Positions 1 through 10,919 of a stretch of DNA of 64,000 nucleotides are shown here, piece by piece. The notes beneath the pieces were generated by a model. It was given only the letters and a program-made list of their open reading frames with translations, did not search any database and was not told the origin of the DNA. The stretch spans positions 74,712,001 through 74,776,000 of the forward strand of contig NC_058368.1 of the NCBI RefSeq assembly GCF_018350175.1. The letters run 5' to 3'. The stretch is from Felis catus. Lineage: Eukaryota. The position numbers and the translations under genes are program-made. Position 1 is the stretch's first letter. Every line of letters starts with the position of its first letter.

Positions 1-40
1 ATCAAGTTGATAAAATCTAGATAACTTGATTTATAATTAC

Positions 41-181
41 TCGGATGTCAAATGAAGCATTTCCCCTTTAGTGCTTTCGTGCAATCTCGCAAAGAGAAAC
101 AATATTTTCAGGATCATTTTGTCTCGTGCTTCTGCTGAACACGAGGCACATTTCTTTTTAAAAGGATCGACTTCAGTTTTC
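41..181 (-). pseudogene. Fossil exon, PTP D2 C-terminal part (WPD-loop to P-loop region)
   Basis: cttttacag acceptor, gtaatt donor, 141 bp. Mixed frames give KTEVDP / SILLKRNVPRVQQKHE / DPENIVSLC, resembling WP..VP..LL.L...V..QQ...P.VVHC. Confidence 0.55.
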
Positions 182-610
182 CTGTAAAAGTTTAGCTTCA
201 TCTTGACATTTTGGATTGCATACAAGCGTTTTGAGAGGTAATTGGTTCTCGCGGTGTTATTTTTGGAAGAAATATAGAAAAATGTAACGACGATTCTCAC
301 ATTAATTGCACAATGTAGTAAAATAATTATTTATTGTTAAGGTTACAAATCTGAAGAGACCCATCTACTGAGTGAGACAGTACAAAAGCTAGTGTTTCAA
401 CACTTAAAATTACGTGTTACAACTGACAGTGTTGTAATTAATCCCAACCTTAGTTTGCCTTAATATTTCTATCCTCTTAGGAAGAAGATATATAAAACTA
501 TGTTTTTAAGCTTTATGCAATCTGATTTTTCATTTTCCTACATAAATAGGGGTATGTTTGGAGAGAACTGAAATGTTGACTCCTCTATAACTTTTAAAGT
601 GTTTATTTTA

Positions 611-835
611 GGGGCGCCTGGGTGGCGCAGTCGGTTAAGCGTCCGACTTCAGCCAGGTCACGATCTCGCGGTCCGGGAGTTCGAGCCCCGCGTCGGGCTC
701 TGGGCTGATGGCTCAGAGCCTGGAGCCTGTTTCCGATTCTGTGTCTCCCTCTCTCTCTGCCCCTCCCCCGTTCATGCTCTGTCTCTCTCTGTCCCAAAAA
801 TAAATAAATGTTGAAAAAAAAAATTAAAAAAAAAA
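611..835 (+). mobile_element. Young felid SINE (SINEC_Fc type)
   Basis: ggggcgcctgggtggcgcagtcggttaagc head, CT tract, A tail, TSD aaagtgtttatttta. Confidence 0.97.
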
Positions 836-2167
836 TGTTTTAAAGTGTTTATTTTATTTTTTGGCCTGATCATACCATTTCTGTTGTGATACCTCTTGGA
901 TCAACATTTTGCAGTTTACTATCTTATTATCACATATTTCCACTTACGTTTCGTTTTTGCTCCTTTCTAAGTGAAGGTACAATGCGATGAAGTCTGTTAA
1001 ATCGAAATGAGCTGTATCTACATGTTACCAAATAGGTGACAGCTTTGGGGTGGTGCCTTTATTTTCAGTTCAGTTGGTGATATATTTCATTTTATTATAT
1101 TAAAAAGACCAATAATTAGGCATGGGCTTTTAAGCCCTTTGATCAATTTTTTCAGTAGTTTCAACTGCTCAGTGATTAACCTAATGCACAATTCAGATGA
1201 TTGTGAAAAATCTTATATAGAGTATTTTATCAAACCTCAGGAGTCATTCGATATCATTTTTAAATTATGCTAAGGCATTATGAAATATGGTGCAAAGTAA
1301 TTTCAAGCCCTGAAGGGGAATTCCTTCGGGAAGGTTCTCTACCCTTAATTTTTTCCCCATTGATGTTTCAGTTAATTTTTACATGTGTCCACCAGGAGGG
1401 TCCTAAGTGTCATGTTTTTGAAATCAGCGCCTATGGGATAGTATGAGCAATGACGGCATGTTCAGCAGCTGATAAGTTCAAATTTGTTGGACGTAAATGT
1501 AAATGGACCAGAAGGTTTGCTCTCTTTCACTTCAGCAACTTTTAGGTGGGAAACAAAACCAAATAAAAAGGGTCTTCACTCTGCCCTTTCCTATGTGCGC
1601 TGGAAGCAGACGTTAATATTTTACGTACAATTTTCGGTACCCAGTAATTGGCAATAAAGACAAAATAATTTACTGTTTCAAGATTCCTCAGTGTTAACTA
1701 ATTAAACCAGCAGCAGACCTGGAGCACAGGACAATGGCGAACTTTCAGATGAATTAATTTTATGCAAGACCAGCTGAGTAATTGGACTCCAATTACAGGG
1801 AGTTTACCCCATCATCACCTTCATATATAATTAAATTCAATTGGTTGATACAGCTTCTATTTTTATGAGGCCACTTACCGGCTTTTTGAACCCCACTGTG
1901 ACTTTGGATTCAGGCCAATCAATTATTAGTCATTTCTCTTTCAAATGGAAACACTCTGGATTAGTCATATTTTCCATAATGGCCACATTTAAAATATCTC
2001 TCTTCTAGCAGGTTATAATATATTTGAATCTCACTTTTTGATTCTAACACAGAAAATACATTCATGCTGAAGGATAATAACATGAACACTGATAGCACGT
2101 GGCTTTATGAACTTGAAGTCTCACTGGGATCCCATCCTGTAGTATGTCACCTGCAGACGTAACTTAC

Positions 2168-2584
2168 ACTCTTAGAAAACAGCAGGATGGACTTCCACTT
2201 TTTATATCTTTATTATGTATTTTTTTATTTTTATTTTTTTATTTTTATTTTTGGCAAAAACTCCTTTGGAAATCGCTTTTCTTGTATTTCCAAAGTCCAG
2301 GCTACTTAATTCTCTTGAAAGGAAGCTTTTCTGTTTTGGGAAGTACATACCAATGGTATAGCAAATAGATTCTTTCTAATATTTTTGTAAAAAGTTTTTC
2401 GTGTATCTACTGGGATCCATGGATTGATTATGAAGTTTGTGCTGCATGTGCATAAATTTTCGTTGTTTATGATTGGAAATATGTAATTAGTTGAAAGTAT
2501 ATTTTTCGGGCAATACGCTTTTTGAGGACATTTATTTATTGGCATTTATTAATTATTCTGAAAGTTAATATTTGCTCTATTTGT
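2168..2584 (-). pseudogene. Fossil exon, PTP D2 N-terminal half
   Basis: gtaagt donor at 2162-2167. MPINKC..STNYI..NFIINPWIPVDTRKTF, then frameshift to KESICYTIGMYFP..SLDFGN..YIIKI, matching PxDRC..SNYI..FIVT..P..T..DFW..C..IVML..YWP..YG. 5' limit uncertain. Confidence 0.7.
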
Positions 2585-3798
2585 CTAGAAACACATCTTT
2601 GGTAAAAGAGGAAATACTTCTTTAACCATAGGGATTATTTGAGGGGAGGTTTTTTTTGTTCAATCTAATCTAATCTGTTAAAAATAATTTATTGAGCCAA
2701 CAAAAATGAATTATTTCTGAGATTTTATCATCAATCACAATTAAGTACAAATTACTGCATTGATAAGGCAGTTTAGATTATACTATAATAGCATAGTTGT
2801 TCTCATAGTGATTTTTAAACACTGTTTCTTATCAGGGGTAAAATCAAATTTAACAGAAAAAAGTGGTGCTCTTCAAAATTCGGGACGATACAATTAATTC
2901 CATTCCCATCTAAACACAAGGGGAGCCATCACTGCACAAGAAAAGAGATTGGAGAAGAGAGAATGGTCTGACATCAGCTCAAGAAAAAAAAAAATTATTT
3001 CAACCAAACCATGTAGAGAATGGAAACGACACCTTATTTTGTTGCCAATAGCTTTAGTTTGAAAGGGCTTGAATACAATCGGGAGTTTCCTTTTCTATCC
3101 TCTGTTTTTGGCTTCAATTTGCCGAGAAAATTCTGATTTGGAATTCAGCAAATGAGTGAAAAGGAAGGGAAACTTCTCAAAGACGCATACATTCCAAATG
3201 ATAGGATAATAATTAATATTCATCTCCAGATGGTGAAAACTCTGAGTTGTAAAGATGATTTTCATTTAGTTACTCAAAATTATACAAACTATATCTAATC
3301 ATGCAGATAATTGAAACTATATATAATTATATAAAAAGTTTATAAATATATAGAAAATAGTTTTTATACAGATAGTTTATGGTATATGTACGTATCAGTT
3401 ACATATATATATGATGCTAGATGCCTAATTAACAAAATAAAGTTAAAATGCAAAAATTTCAATTTTAATCTAATAATGACATATTGTAAAAAACATATTT
3501 TCTAAAGAAGATAAATTTAATATTCTCTATTACCCCCAAATCCTCATCTCCATTTATGTAATTTAGTTTCACATTCTATGAACAATTACGCTAGGAAATA
3601 CTCTATATATTTAGCAAAGTACCCTGGGTCATTTCTTTAACTATACGTTTATCAATGTTTGCTCTTTTCTATTTGAAGATAAATGAAAAATAATCATTCT
3701 GATATGATTTACAAAGAAAAATGTCCTTACTGATTTAATATTTGTTAAAAATAGTAATTCTCTTAAAAAACTCTGTTTTTATTGGATTATGAGAAGTA

Positions 3799-4260
3799 TG
3801 GAGCTCCTGGGTAGCTCAGTCAGTTAAGTGTCTTACTCTTTTTTTTTTTTAATATTTTTTAATGTTTATTTACTTTTGAGAGAGAGAGAGACAGAGCACA
3901 AACAGGGGAGGAGCAGAGAGAGACAGAGACACAGAATCCGAAGCAGGCTTCAGGCTCTAAGCTGTCAGCACAGAGCCTGACGTGGGGCTCGAACTCACGA
4001 GCCATGAGAGCATGACCTGAGCCAAAGCCAGACACCCAACCAACTGAGCCACCCAGGTGCCCCAAGAATCTGACTCGATCTCAGCTCAGTTCACGATCTG
4101 ACAGTTCATGGGATGGAGCCCCATGTCAGGCTCTTCACTGAGAGTGTGGAGCCTGCTTGGGATTCTCTCTCTCCCTCTCTCTCTGCCCCTTCCCTGCTTG
4201 TGCATTCACTCTCTCTCTCTCTCTCAGTCTCTCAAAATAAATAAATAAGCTTGGAAAAAA
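3799..4260. mobile_element. Nested CanSINEs: minus copy (about 3839-4063) inside an older plus copy
   Basis: Plus-strand head is interrupted after aagtgtcttactc and resumes at aagaatctgactc. Confidence 0.9.
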
Positions 4261-4274
4261 AGAAATGGGAAATA

Positions 4275-4276
<2 letters not shown>

Positions 4277-4308
<32 letters not shown>
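4277..4308. repeat. (TG)n microsatellite
   Basis: Direct reading. Confidence 0.95.
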
Positions 4309-4312
<4 letters not shown>

Positions 4313-4666
4313 ACTGTACAGGATATATTTGTAACCCAGTCATTGCCACGAGTTACAGTGGACAAAGGTAGCTTATAATAGCCTTTGGTAAAAATTGAAT
4401 GTTTTGCTTTCTAAGGAACCTGTACTATGGTACTCAAATTTCCATGAACACTCAAGCACTTTAAAGTCTTCTTGGGAAGAGACTACATGTTACACATTAC
4501 ATAGTCTATTGCTGGAGTCTTTCACGATGTAAAATATACCTACTTCCTAACACAACTCCATATTGAAATAAGGGACTCAAGGCGGCCAACAAGTAATTCA
4601 CAGTCCGACGTGGGAGTTGTGTCTCACACAACTATTCCATTCTGTATAAAAAGGGGAACAACTCAC

Positions 4667-4738
4667 TTATCCACTTTGTATCTTTAGGGCCAATCTGAGT
4701 TGGTCATTGGGATAAAAACAAATTTCACAATGAATACC
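4667..4738 (-). pseudogene. Candidate fossil exon at start of PTP D2
   Basis: gtgagt donor, weak acceptor. GIHCEICFYPND resembles the ECSIALLPRN-type segment; last codon is TAA. Confidence 0.35.
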
Positions 4739-4827
4739 CTGTACTTCTTAGATTATAAGTATTCTCAGTGAAGTGCAGAAGCAACACGAATGAACCACAT
4801 AACCTCTCCAGTCTTAAAACACATTAC

Positions 4828-4879
4828 CTTCTGACTGCAAGTAAGTAGATTGAGGGTCGATTCGTAATTTTTCTGAAAC
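4828..4879 (-). pseudogene. Fossil exon, D1-D2 linker
   Basis: ttccag acceptor, gtaatg donor. VSEKLRIDPQSTYLQSE resembles the R2B linker MIRIDPQSNSSQLREEF (recalled from PTPRU). Confidence 0.65.
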
Positions 4880-5662
4880 CTGGAACATCGATAAAAGGAG
4901 CAATGATTAACCATCTCCAGATTTTTAACAATAATTTTTATTTTTATTTTCCAAATTATAAATACTCTGTGTTGCATTTTGTTGCATGTTTTACAGCTAA
5001 GCAAGGCATTAGGATTGGTAGTAGTAAAAGCAATTATTGTACAGATAAAGAAATTGAACTTGAAGGAGAGAGAGAACACATCTATATTGGGTCAGACTGC
5101 TTAGTCTAATGTTCAGATTTTTATAAACAATAGTGTTAATTGCCCTTTATTTTGTGTAACCCCAAAGATCATTAGCATCTTCTGTTTTGTGTTCATATTT
5201 GCCACGTAATACTTACTACTATATCCAGGGAAATGTTAATCTACTATGGTAAAGACTTTCACATAGACTTTTTTTACAAACTGAACAACTCCATGATGAA
5301 GATATTTTCGTTTTCTTTAAATCTATCCTTTTGCATGGGGTGTAAAAATGACAAAAGTGGATACTCACATTTTGGGAAAGAACATCTTCGGGTACTCAGG
5401 AATGCTATCTAAATGTTTCTAAAAGATGTAATCAATTTCCACCATGATATTTGATTTTTTTTTTCTCCAAGAAACAAACAAACACAAAGAATGAAGAGTG
5501 ACTTCAGGCAAATTGGATAAACCTCAACTAAATCTAGGAAAGCCAAGAGCAATATTCTCATCACATAAGAGAGGAAACACACATAATTAATGCTCGAAGT
5601 GTCCGTTTGCTGCTGTGTGATCAACGCAGGTCTGGTTTTCACTTTGGGAGCCATGTTAAGCT

Positions 5663-5805
5663 ACCACTCTCCTCTTGGACAAAAAGGGCTCCTGATCATA
5701 GGGAGGGATTGAACTTCGCCTTCCCTGGGAACTGAATGAGCTTTCAGGTGCCATCTGAATAAGAGGAATGTGTAATAAGGTGTCTGTCTGTCTCTCCGGC
5801 TTCTC
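5663..5805 (-). pseudogene. Candidate fossil exon after D1 (post-D1 helix / linker)
   Basis: Pyrimidine-rich acceptors; open frame ..LLHIPLIQMAPES..GRRSSIPPYD is reminiscent of FIH.A.LE...G.TSIP. Confidence 0.35.
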
Positions 5806-6085
5806 TAAGAAGAGGTTAACGGAGATCTTCAGCACTCCATTCCACCAACATTCTCCTTCGCCTACAGTACAACAAAAGCCTGTGTGTGCCCTTGGTGTCA
5901 GCTTAACAAAGTGCATTGAGAGAGCCGGCTCCCTGGGCAGAGAAGCACATCAATAACCCAGTGGGAAGTGGCTCAGACAGAAGGTAAACACGGGTCAGTC
6001 AGGGAAAGCCTGGTGGGTGGTAGGGCACAGATCTTCAGACACAATAAAGAGAATGACATCAGAGGGATTCATCTTTCTTTTTAAC

Positions 6086-6380
6086 CTGAATTCCCAGTTA
6101 TTAACGAAGGCATAACATCATAGGAGCACAACAAAGGGAGGCTCGGCCACTTTCAGCTGCCTCGCAGATGGCATCTAAACTGCAGACTGGGGTCCCTGGT
6201 GCCCACGGTGGGGTGAGAGTTATTCAGCTTGGGGAAAAGCGATGCATAAATGTTCCAGTTTTTAAGTAAGTATTATTCAGCCATGTATACCACTAGGCTT
6301 GCCCAGTGCTCTGCCATTATTTATTAGGTACATAAGAACCCCACGTGAGATTTTCAGAACTCTGGGCATAGTTTTTCCGT
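6086..6380 (-). pseudogene. Fossil exon, PTP D1 C-terminal half including decayed P-loop
   Basis: Strong acceptor (ttttctttttgccaactccag). DGKTMP..GVLMYLI..GKPSGIHG*, frameshift to KTGTF, later YAFV in another frame; compare GP.VVHCS.G.GRTGTF...QY.F. Confidence 0.6.
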
Positions 6381-6435
6381 CTGGAGTTGGCAAAAAGAAA
6401 ATAATATTGTGTAACCATTGAGTGTTCAACAAGGT

Positions 6436-6490
6436 TTGCTTTGTTTTGTTTTGTTTTGTTTTGTTTTGCTTTGCTTTGTTCTGTTTGTTT
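6436..6490. repeat. (TTTTG)n repeat
   Basis: Direct reading. Confidence 0.9.
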
Positions 6491-6976
6491 TAGAGCTAGG
6501 CAGGAAATCATTAGTTTTGCCTTCAACTGAATTTAATGAGACTTTATGACAAGAGAGTTCCTTTGATATCCAACTTAAATCAAAGAGATATACCCTTATT
6601 AGGTTTCTATGCTAGCCACAAAGTCAAGGGAAGGCATAATTGGGAAGTGATAATTCAATATATTGAATGAAATTTCATGGTATCACAAAGCACTTTGGCA
6701 TCATAAAAGGAGTCATGTCTGTGAGAATTCCAGGCTCTTTTGCTGGATTTTACCCAGCCGGGGAAGGAGCCTAGCTCTTTGGACATTTGTGGTATACCAA
6801 ACAGAATGTATGAGGGAATGCCATCATCTACTGTATCAGATAAATTGAAAGCTTCGCCCTATTAATTTAAGTGTTTCAAGCACATGAAGATTTACTTTGA
6901 AGTATTTATTTGGAAGTATCTGAAAAAAAATATTTACAGAATTTTTTGATGGAAACACAGTTAAGCTGGATTTTCC

Positions 6977-7180
6977 TTAAAAAAAAAAAAGTTTGTATTC
7001 ATTTTTGAGAGACACAGAGAGACAGAGCATGAGTGGGGGAAGGGCATAAAGAGACGGAGACGCAGAATCCGAAGTAGGCTCCAGGCTCTGAGCTATGGGC
7101 GCAGAGTCTGACACGGGCTCGGACCCACTAACCATGAGCCGAAGTCAGACACTTAACCAACTGTGCCACCCAGGTGCCCC
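6977..7180 (-). mobile_element. CanSINE
   Basis: Ends ccacccaggtgcccc; GA tract. Confidence 0.92.
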
Positions 7181-7203
7181 TCTAACAACAGTTAGAAAAT
7201 TAC

Positions 7204-7245
7204 CTATTCCAGTCACCCACTCAAAGACCTTTGCATCTGCGAAAC
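7204..7245 (-). pseudogene. Small fossil exon, D1 pre-WPD strand
   Basis: tttgcag/gtaatt, 42 bp. KVFEW and GDWN in adjacent frames resemble V..F.Y.DWP. Confidence 0.45.
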
Positions 7246-7847
7246 CTGCAAATTTAACAAATTCCATTTTCCCCATCTCATTAATATAATAGACAAGTAG
7301 TAATCAAACAGATTTCTCTATACGGCTAATAAAGAATTTTTTGAATAAAATGTTTAGCCACATATTTACTTTTATGCTGAAATAATATCACTTTATTTCC
7401 TACATTTTTAAATATAGTAAAGTATTACAATAACACTACGTCTTGGGAGCAGCATTGCCATTATTTTATAGAACAATCTTGTCCTGTCAGGTTTTTTCTA
7501 CAGTAAGTGGATAACCATACCCATGTTATATTCAAATGCATGTAATAACAGTAAGCTTAATAACCTAGCTCTTCTTTACTAAATCCATGTGGGACATTTC
7601 AAAAGCAGAACTTTAGAAAAGGCAAACAAATTCACAGCAGATTTTAAGGAAATAGTAGTCATCAATGTTAAATTTAACTAACAAAATGGAAGCCTATGAT
7701 AGAAATTTATGAATATGTTCAGAAGTCTAGCAATATGAATATGTATTAGAGTTTGCTACCAATTCAATTACTCTTTTCCGCCTCATCAGTTAGGTAAAAG
7801 CTTAACTAAACAAATTAATATTGAGTAGTCCCCCAAAGGCCAAGGAC

Positions 7848-8069
7848 CTTGGCTTTGTTGTAATGAAGAGGAAATGAATTCCAGATATGTGTGTCCTTTG
7901 GGGACAATGGCAGAAGTTCAACTGAGCAGGAGAGCCCTATCGATCCCTGTCGTCCAAAGGTGGGCATCAGGAAGGTAAGTAATCTCTGAAGTAACCACGG
8001 ATTTAACTGCTACATAGGCCAAAAATCAATATCCTTGAATTCCACAGTCAAGTTAAGTATGAAGTTCAC
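7848..8069 (-). pseudogene. Fossil exon, PTP D1 central part
   Basis: 222 bp, one frame with a single stop: VNFI..KDIDFWPM*QLN..LLTFL..SVELL..KDTHIWNSFPL; compare FI.TQGP...DFWRM.WQ.N...MLT.L...V.LL....D...R.F.L. Confidence 0.65.
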
Positions 8070-8198
8070 CTGTAATATCTGGATGCAGTCTGTGTGTTAA
8101 ATACAAGAATAGCAATGATCTCAGCTTTGGTTGAGAAAAATAGAGTTCCCCTCCCCCACATTTATAATTTATAGGACATTAAAAAAGCATAAATACTA

Positions 8199-8351
8199 CC
8201 ATGTAGAAATTGTTCAAGGTGGATAGTAGCTTCAAGGTAATGATAAAGTATCATTCTGTATTTTTACCATTGCTTTCTTTAAAGGTCATTGTAAAACTTA
8301 GTGCCATTAATTCACCTCTGTGACCTCTTGTGCTTAGCCATTTCATTATAA
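8199..8351 (-). pseudogene. Candidate fossil exon, D1 N-terminus
   Basis: ttttcttcag acceptor; weak motif similarity only (KYRMILYH..IHL). Confidence 0.25.
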
Positions 8352-8439
8352 CTGAAGAAAATGGCTATCTACAACTTTGAGAAATCCAATTAGTGGAACG
8401 ATTTCAGTTTAAAAACCTTTGAGACCTATTACTTTCATG

Positions 8440-9120
8440 TATTCATTTGTTCTTTTATTTGTTAATTAAATATTCATATGAGTGAATGATATTTGCCAAG
8501 AATTGCCCAGGCATTAGGAATACAACATTGGAGGAAACAAGAAACGTCCCATTCATGGGAAAAGACAATTAAATGTTAAGTAGAGATGACATTTTAATGA
8601 CTATGGAAATATGTAATGTTAGCTGTTGATAAGTACAATGAAGTGGAGTAAGTTAGGAGCTCGAAGGAAGTGGAGAAGGTTTCGTGTACATATGGACGGT
8701 AAGCGGGTTCCAGGCAGAGAGAAGAATAAAGGCAAAGGCCCTGAGATAGGACTGCTTGGAGAATTCACAAAACCGTAAGACGGACAGGGTCACCTGAGAA
8801 AGGAAGCCAGGGAAACAAGTGGTTAAAAGGATGATGTCTGAAAGATAGCAAGCCACAGGCTAAGGCTAGATTGTGTAGGGCTTTGTAGATCAGGGCAAAG
8901 ACTTAGAACTTATTCTAAATGAGAAAGGAAGGCTCTACAAGATTCACAAGGGCTGTATCTCAAAAGGATCCTTCAATTCTGGGAATGGAGCTAGAGTGAT
9001 CCATGGAGCATGAAGGATGGAGGATAAAAGACTGGATTGAAATGTTATCGGAATGTAGAGGGAAGGAGATAATTGAGAGGATAGCAGGATGACAAAATAC
9101 AGAAAAGAAACAATACATGA
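8440..9120 (-). mobile_element. L2 LINE relic
   Basis: ttcatttgttc..aaatatt..ccaggcattag, then a purine-rich L2-like body. Confidence 0.6.
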
Positions 9121-9199
9121 AATTAACAAAGCTGTTCATTGATTCTCTTGAAATACCAAGACATTTGGTTGACTGAAATCTTTCATTAGTTATAGAAAA

Positions 9200-9235
9200 C
9201 TTTTCTTTTATATTCTCTTCCTAATGTCTATTTGT

Positions 9236-9285
<50 letters not shown>

Positions 9286-9458
9286 CATGAGCAGGGGAGA
9301 GAGGCAGAGAGAAAGAGAGGGAGAGAAAGACAATCTCAAGCAGGCTCCACATTCAGTGTGCAGCTCTATGCAGGGGTTGATCCCACAAACTTCGAGACCA
9401 TGACCTGAGCCAAACTCAAGGGTGCCATAGTCAACCAATTGAGCCAACCAGGTGCCCC
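9200..9458 (-). mobile_element. CanSINE with expanded (GA)n
   Basis: TSD agttatagaaaacttt. Confidence 0.93.
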
Positions 9459-9936
9459 AGTTATAGAAAACTTTCAGTCCATTTCTCTCTGAATGGTGAT
9501 AGTGGTCATTCTCTTTATTCCAGAATGCTTTTAAGTCTTTAGATTTTATCTTAGTCTCATTACCTCCTAATTTCTACCCATTTGACTTTTTGTAATATTT
9601 TGATAATTCTTGTGTTCTTTTTTCCAATTTGATAAGACTTTATCTAGCAGTATTTAAACCACTGTTAAGTTATCCCAATTTGTACACAATGAGAGTTACT
9701 ACATTTTTCATTTCTAGAAGTATAATAGTCTTATTTCTAAACTTATTGTGAAAAATAACAAATGACCAAGATTCACATTTGAATCCCTTCTCTGACTGAT
9801 TTAATCATGTTAAAGTTTCCAATGGCATGTCATATTTTATGAAGTCCAATATATACCATATTTGAGGATTAGTTTCTGCTAGATTTCACCCACGGTCACT
9901 TTATTGTGTTTCATCTCATTTCATAGCTTTGCACAT

Positions 9937-9974
9937 CTTTATTTTTTTTTTATTTTTTTAATGTTTACTTATTT

Positions 9975-10005
<31 letters not shown>

Positions 10006-10154
10006 TGAGCAGGGGAGAGGCAGAGAGAGAAGGAAACACAGAATCCAAAGCAGGCTCCAATCTATGAGCTGTCAGCACAGAGCCTGATGCGGGGCTCCAA
10101 CTCATGACCTGAGCTGAACTTGGACGCTTAACCGACTGAGCCACCCAGGCGCCC
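9937..10154 (-). mobile_element. CanSINE
   Basis: TSD ttgcacatcttt. Confidence 0.93.
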
Positions 10155-10483
10155 TTGCACATCTTTCTTGATTTCCTTTCTCAGGTGTTCTTTGTCATCT
10201 GATATTTTTAAATCTGCATCATTTTGGCACTGAAAAAATAATTTTTTAAATGCTTTAGCCAGCATTTTTAAGGTGTTAAGCCAGAAGGTTTTGCTGGGTA
10301 TTTATCTCTCGTACCGGCTTAAATACAGTGTTCTATATAATATCTGCATTTCGTTTCAGAAAATGATAGGTCAGGGTCCAGTTCTATATAGATGATAGAT
10401 GCTCTCATAATTCTCACCAACAAAATTTGAGAAATATCTGCCTCTTAGTAGAACCAGCCTCAGAAATATGATGGGGCCAACCA

Positions 10484-10654
10484 CCCCAAATCTTCCCTTT
10501 GATAAATTGTCGACTTTTTTCAGTAAATTTTCTTGATTTTGGCATTTGATTTTCTTCTCCGGTTCATTATCTTGCATGGACAGCATAGTTTCTCTTGATC
10601 AAGATCCATGTAAAATTAACTGCCACCACAAAAAGATTCGGTGCTGCCATTCAC
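10484..10654 (-). pseudogene. Fossil exon, transmembrane plus juxtamembrane/wedge region
   Basis: ttccag acceptor. Hydrophobic MAAPNLFVVAVNFTWILI followed by basic KR, then frameshift to ..QENLLKKVDNL; donor uncertain. Confidence 0.5.
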
Positions 10655-10825
10655 CTGGAATTGTACAAAATTACTGATATTTGGACATTTGGCTTAGGAA
10701 GTTTGGTACAGTGGACAGGGCCGTGCTGTACTTAATGGGCTGACCATAGCCCAGAGCTACATTTCCCTGAATATCTAGGGTTCCTCAAGATGGAACCAAG
10801 GCCTCATCGCTAAGCTCTGAGGTCC

Positions 10826-10846
10826 CGTCATGACGTCATCACGTCA
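10826..10846. promoter_or_regulatory. CRE/ATF site cluster
   Basis: Perfect TGACGTCA at 10831-10838 flanked by two more CGTCA half-sites; function untested. Confidence 0.4.
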
Positions 10847-10919
10847 GGGGTTGCGGCCTTCCTGCCTGTGGGGAAGGTGTGGCTCACCTGTTTGGTAAGA
10901 GGAGCAGCCAGGCCGGGCC

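Noticed and set aside
599..814. Recurrent ORFs such as GAPGWRSRLSVRLQPG and GQRETEHERGRGRE (also near 24.4, 37.2, 42.5, 44.0, 48.8 and 59.6 kb)
   Set aside because: Translations of SINE copies.
4828..4879. Alternative frame FQKNYESTLNLLT, also PTP-like
   Set aside because: Both frames cannot be ancestral and the RIDPQS frame matches better; unresolved without an ortholog.
7885..7974. Plus-strand exon-like segment with AAG|gtaagt donor
   Set aside because: Weak acceptor, no partner exons, and it lies antisense to the PTP D1 fossil exon.
41..10654. Reading of the cytoplasmic exons as a tyrosine kinase (SKGRFGVV or SKGVFAK as glycine loop; ENIVSL..TKGEMLHLTSE as subdomains IV-V)
   Set aside because: The matches are isolated and conflict in position. 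The PTP reading explains many more motifs in the right order (DFW, KTGTF, RIDPQS, NYI..FI..DT..F). An HMM comparison would settle it.
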